Assembly: GCF_006345805.1 (NCBI RefSeq)
Contig: NC_043005.1
Span: 56,854,001-56,918,000, forward strand
Length of the DNA: 64,000 nucleotides
Source: Octopus sinensis
Taxonomy: Eukaryota
Direction: 5' to 3'
Part shown: positions 60,815 through 64,000 of the stretch, in pieces
Position numbering within the stretch: position 1 is the stretch's first letter
Layout of the letters: each line of letters begins with the position of its first letter
Position numbers and translations under genes: made by a program
Notes under the pieces: model-generated
Told to the model about the DNA's origin: nothing
Database searches by the model: none
The model's input: the letters and a program-made list of their open reading frames with translations, nothing else

Positions 60815-62565
60815 CAAAAGGGGCAACAATTTTAACATGTTTGAATGATAGATTAAAACGAGAACAACTGATGTGATATGTCTGTTAACAAACGCTCATT
60901 GAGACCTTCTTTTCAGGTGCTGAATACCATCTCTCCTTCCTATCTTCCCTCCCACACCCCTTTCCCAGTTCTCAGTGTTGGCACTGTCAATGTATGCACT
61001 TTGAAAGGTAGGTCTGGTGAGATAGAGATTCTTGACTGGAGGTGTGTTGATGCATATTGCATTCAAGAGGTAAGATAAAGGGGAGCTTCAGCCAGGTTCC
61101 TCACAGGCAAGACACATAGGTATAAAATCTTCTGGGAAGGTAACAGTGACAAGGTAGGTGGTGTGGGTATACTTCTTGCAGAGAAATAGGTGGATAAGGT
61201 CATAGAGGTAGTCAGGGTGTATGATAGAGTACTTAAGCTCAGGCTAGTTTTTCAGAATAGTACAGCGACAATTATCTCTGCCTATGCACCCCCCCTCCAA
61301 GCAGGTCTACCGAATGAACAAAAGAACTGCTTTTATGATACTCTTCTGCAGGCTACCTCAAAGACAAATGATGATAATCTTTGTGACTAAGGATTTCAGT
61401 GGGTATGTTGGGAAGTAGCCTGTTATCTTCCATGGTGTACATGAGGGCCATGGAATTGGTTCCCCAAATGAAGAGGGACAAGACTAATGGAATTTTTTTA
61501 TGTGAATAACCTGATGATCTGCAACAACAGCTTCAGGAAGCCAGCCAGTCACCCACCTGATAACCTACCAATCAGGTGACCACGCTGGCCAGATTGATTT
61601 CATTTTCACCAAACAGTGAGATACATGAAGAATGTACCCCTCAGTATAGACTAGCCAGAAGGGTGCCAAAAATCTGGAAAAGAAGGATTTGGAAGCTTAA
61701 AGACCCTTTATATGATCAGAGATTTAGGGACACCCTAATTGAGAAATTTGATGAGAGGAGGAACTAGACTTGTAACATAGAGGCAACTGGGAATTCCTGC
61801 AGGACAGCTTGCTAAGAGCCACAAATCAAATATGTGGCTGGTACAAAGTCCCATCTAGACCTAGGGTGATGTGGTGGAACGATGTTGTAGACGGAAGGAC
61901 TGGTAATGTGGGGATAGCAGGGAACTATATCAGATAACCAGAAGGGAAGCTAGGAGATTGTTATATCTAGCCAGGAAAGAAGCAGAAAAGAAGTTTGCTA
62001 TGTTCTGCGACGTGAGGACCAGAGACTTGAAGTGTTTCAGATCACAAGACTGTGAAAGAAAATTGTGATGTCATAGAGAAATGTGTCTGCATGGATGATG
62101 GTACACTTGCATTTAATGATTCTGCAAAGAAAGAGACTTGGAAATGCCATTATGAAAGGTTACTAAACATGGAAAATGAATGGGAGCAGGAGAGTCTGCC
62201 AAATATTGACCTGATTGGGGGCCAGCTATTTAAATCAACAGTAGCTTAGTAGATAAAGCAATTAAGGACATGAAGACAGGGAAATCCCCGGCCCATGAGG
62301 AATCATAGCTGAGATGTTTGAAGTATCTGGTGGAGTAGGATATAGCCTAGTCACCTGTATCAGGTTGTCCATGAGGGAATCATACCCAATGATTGGTGTA
62401 GCAGCATTATAGTCAAATGCCACATAGGCAAAGGTGATGCCTTAGGAGTAATTACAGAGGCATCAGATTGCTGGACCAGGTGATGGAAGTCACAGAAAGG
62501 GTCATAAGTTTGTTAATTAGGAAGAGAGCATAGATGAGATGCAGTTCAGATTTGTGCCAGACAGG
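60815..62565 (+). mobile_element. Old RTE LINE retaining its ORF start, endonuclease and RT N-terminal half
   Basis: LSVGTVNVCTLKGRSGEI...CIQEVR, ISAYAP and MQFRFVP. Many stops. Confidence 0.85.
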
Positions 62566-62567
62566 AG

Positions 62568-62995
62568 CAACAGGGTTCTGCATTGTGCCACACAAGCAGG
62601 AGAAGCCAGCCATGGCTGTCAGACAATTTCTGCGACCACATCACCCCTAACATCTGGCCACCTAACTCTTCAGACTGCAACTCCCTTGATTATTATGTGT
62701 GGGGTGCAGTTGAGTGAGAGTCCAACAAAACTTGTAACACCAAAGATGAACTGAAGGCAAGGTTTATGGCAGCATTCACCAACTTAAACAAGGTGACTGT
62801 CCAGAAGAGTTGCAGTAGATTCCGAAGTTGTCTGTAGGCTGTGGTTGAAGCCAATGGCGATTTTATTGAATAAATTTACTCATTAGTATTTCAAGATATT
62901 TTTATGCAATTTTGGTAAATATATCTTGTTAAAATGAAATGTCAGTGTTATTTTAATTTTTGTGTAATTTAAGACGACATTTTATTCACTGCCCC

Positions 62996-62998
<3 letters not shown>
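62568..62998 (+). mobile_element. Tc1/mariner (maT/DD37D-like) 3' fragment with right TIR
   Basis: WLSDNFCDHITPNIWPPNSSDCNSLDYYVWGAVE...VVEANGDFIE*, ending ccccctg|TA. Confidence 0.85.
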
Positions 62999-63043
<45 letters not shown>

Positions 63044-64000
63044 TATGTATATATATATATATATATGTAGTCCAACCTACGTTAGCTTGGAAAACGGATG
63101 TTAAATGGTTGTGATACACACACACATGGTAACGTAAGTATATTTTAGGATTTTTCTATATTAGAATGTTAATTTTGACAGAGATAGTCTCCCAGCTGGA
63201 ACATTACTGGAGCATCATCACTATGTTTCTACACCAGCATGTGGTTGGACTGGTCATCATGGTTACTACTCTCCTTCACTTGTCCAGATGACTGCGCTTT
63301 GCTCATACATTTCACTAATGAGTTGATGTCTGGTTAGATGCCCTTCCTGGCCCCATCATAAGGATGTGTGAGTGAAAGGTGTAGGTGTATGATGTTAGTG
63401 TTGAGGGTATGGGAGAGGAGAGGAGTGAGTGAATGTCGATCAAGATGGGAAAGATATTTGAACTGTTTGTATGAATGGTAGGTAGGTTTGACCACAATAG
63501 GATAGACCACCAAAATGTGTGTGACATTCTAGTTGATAACCCTATTGTATACAGTAACCTCTTATTATGCTGTCAGGTAGATGTGTCCAGCTGGTGTCTC
63601 TCTGTCCAGAGTATTTCATACTACCATGAGTAGGTGTGAACTTTGCCCGTTTAGACAATATTTTATGTTTCTGCTGGATTATTAACAGATTGAACATATG
63701 CCTTACAGTTGCTTTTGTTTGGTAACATAAATGTTATTCTGGTGTATGCTTTAAAATTTATGGAATTCCTAAGGCATTTCTGTTATGTATGACCAATTTC
63801 AATTTCACTGTAGCTTTGGGCCAACCATAATGGAATTTGATGTTGATAGAGAAAGAGACTGCAGAAAACCCATTGTGTGTGAGTGTTTCAGTATACATAC
63901 TCCACACTTGCCACTGCTTGAGTGAAATAGTGGTGCTGAGGTTAACATTCCTTGTTGATATGACTATTTCCTGAACAATAGGTAGGTGTTGGTGACAGGA

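Overview
AT-rich eukaryotic genomic DNA, almost certainly from an octopus, judged by its tRNA-derived SINE families, dominant RTE LINE family and IHTGEKPYHCDICGK-type zinc-finger remnant. Most of the window is transposon relics and microsatellites. The main host feature is the 5' part of a minus-strand gene. Three coding exons (8894-8082, 7614-7327, 5796-5740) join through phase-compatible GT-AG introns and encode an acidic, AT-hook-containing putative nuclear protein that continues past the left edge. The first coding exon carries an apparent 1-bp deletion near 8251. Candidate non-coding exons lead back to a CpG-rich promoter region near 35 kb. A second CpG-rich promoter region at about 55.7-60 kb appears to start a plus-strand gene. 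Mobile elements include a near-intact 3.6-kb RTE LINE, many older RTE copies and 3' tails, three Penelope-like fragments (two with CpG-decayed minimal hammerhead motifs), two Ty3/gypsy gag-protease relics, a HERO-like LINE end, Tc1/mariner, hAT and Helitron elements. I found no CRISPR array, rRNA gene or intact tRNA gene. Coordinates were counted by eye; TE boundaries are approximate and identities are manual estimates.
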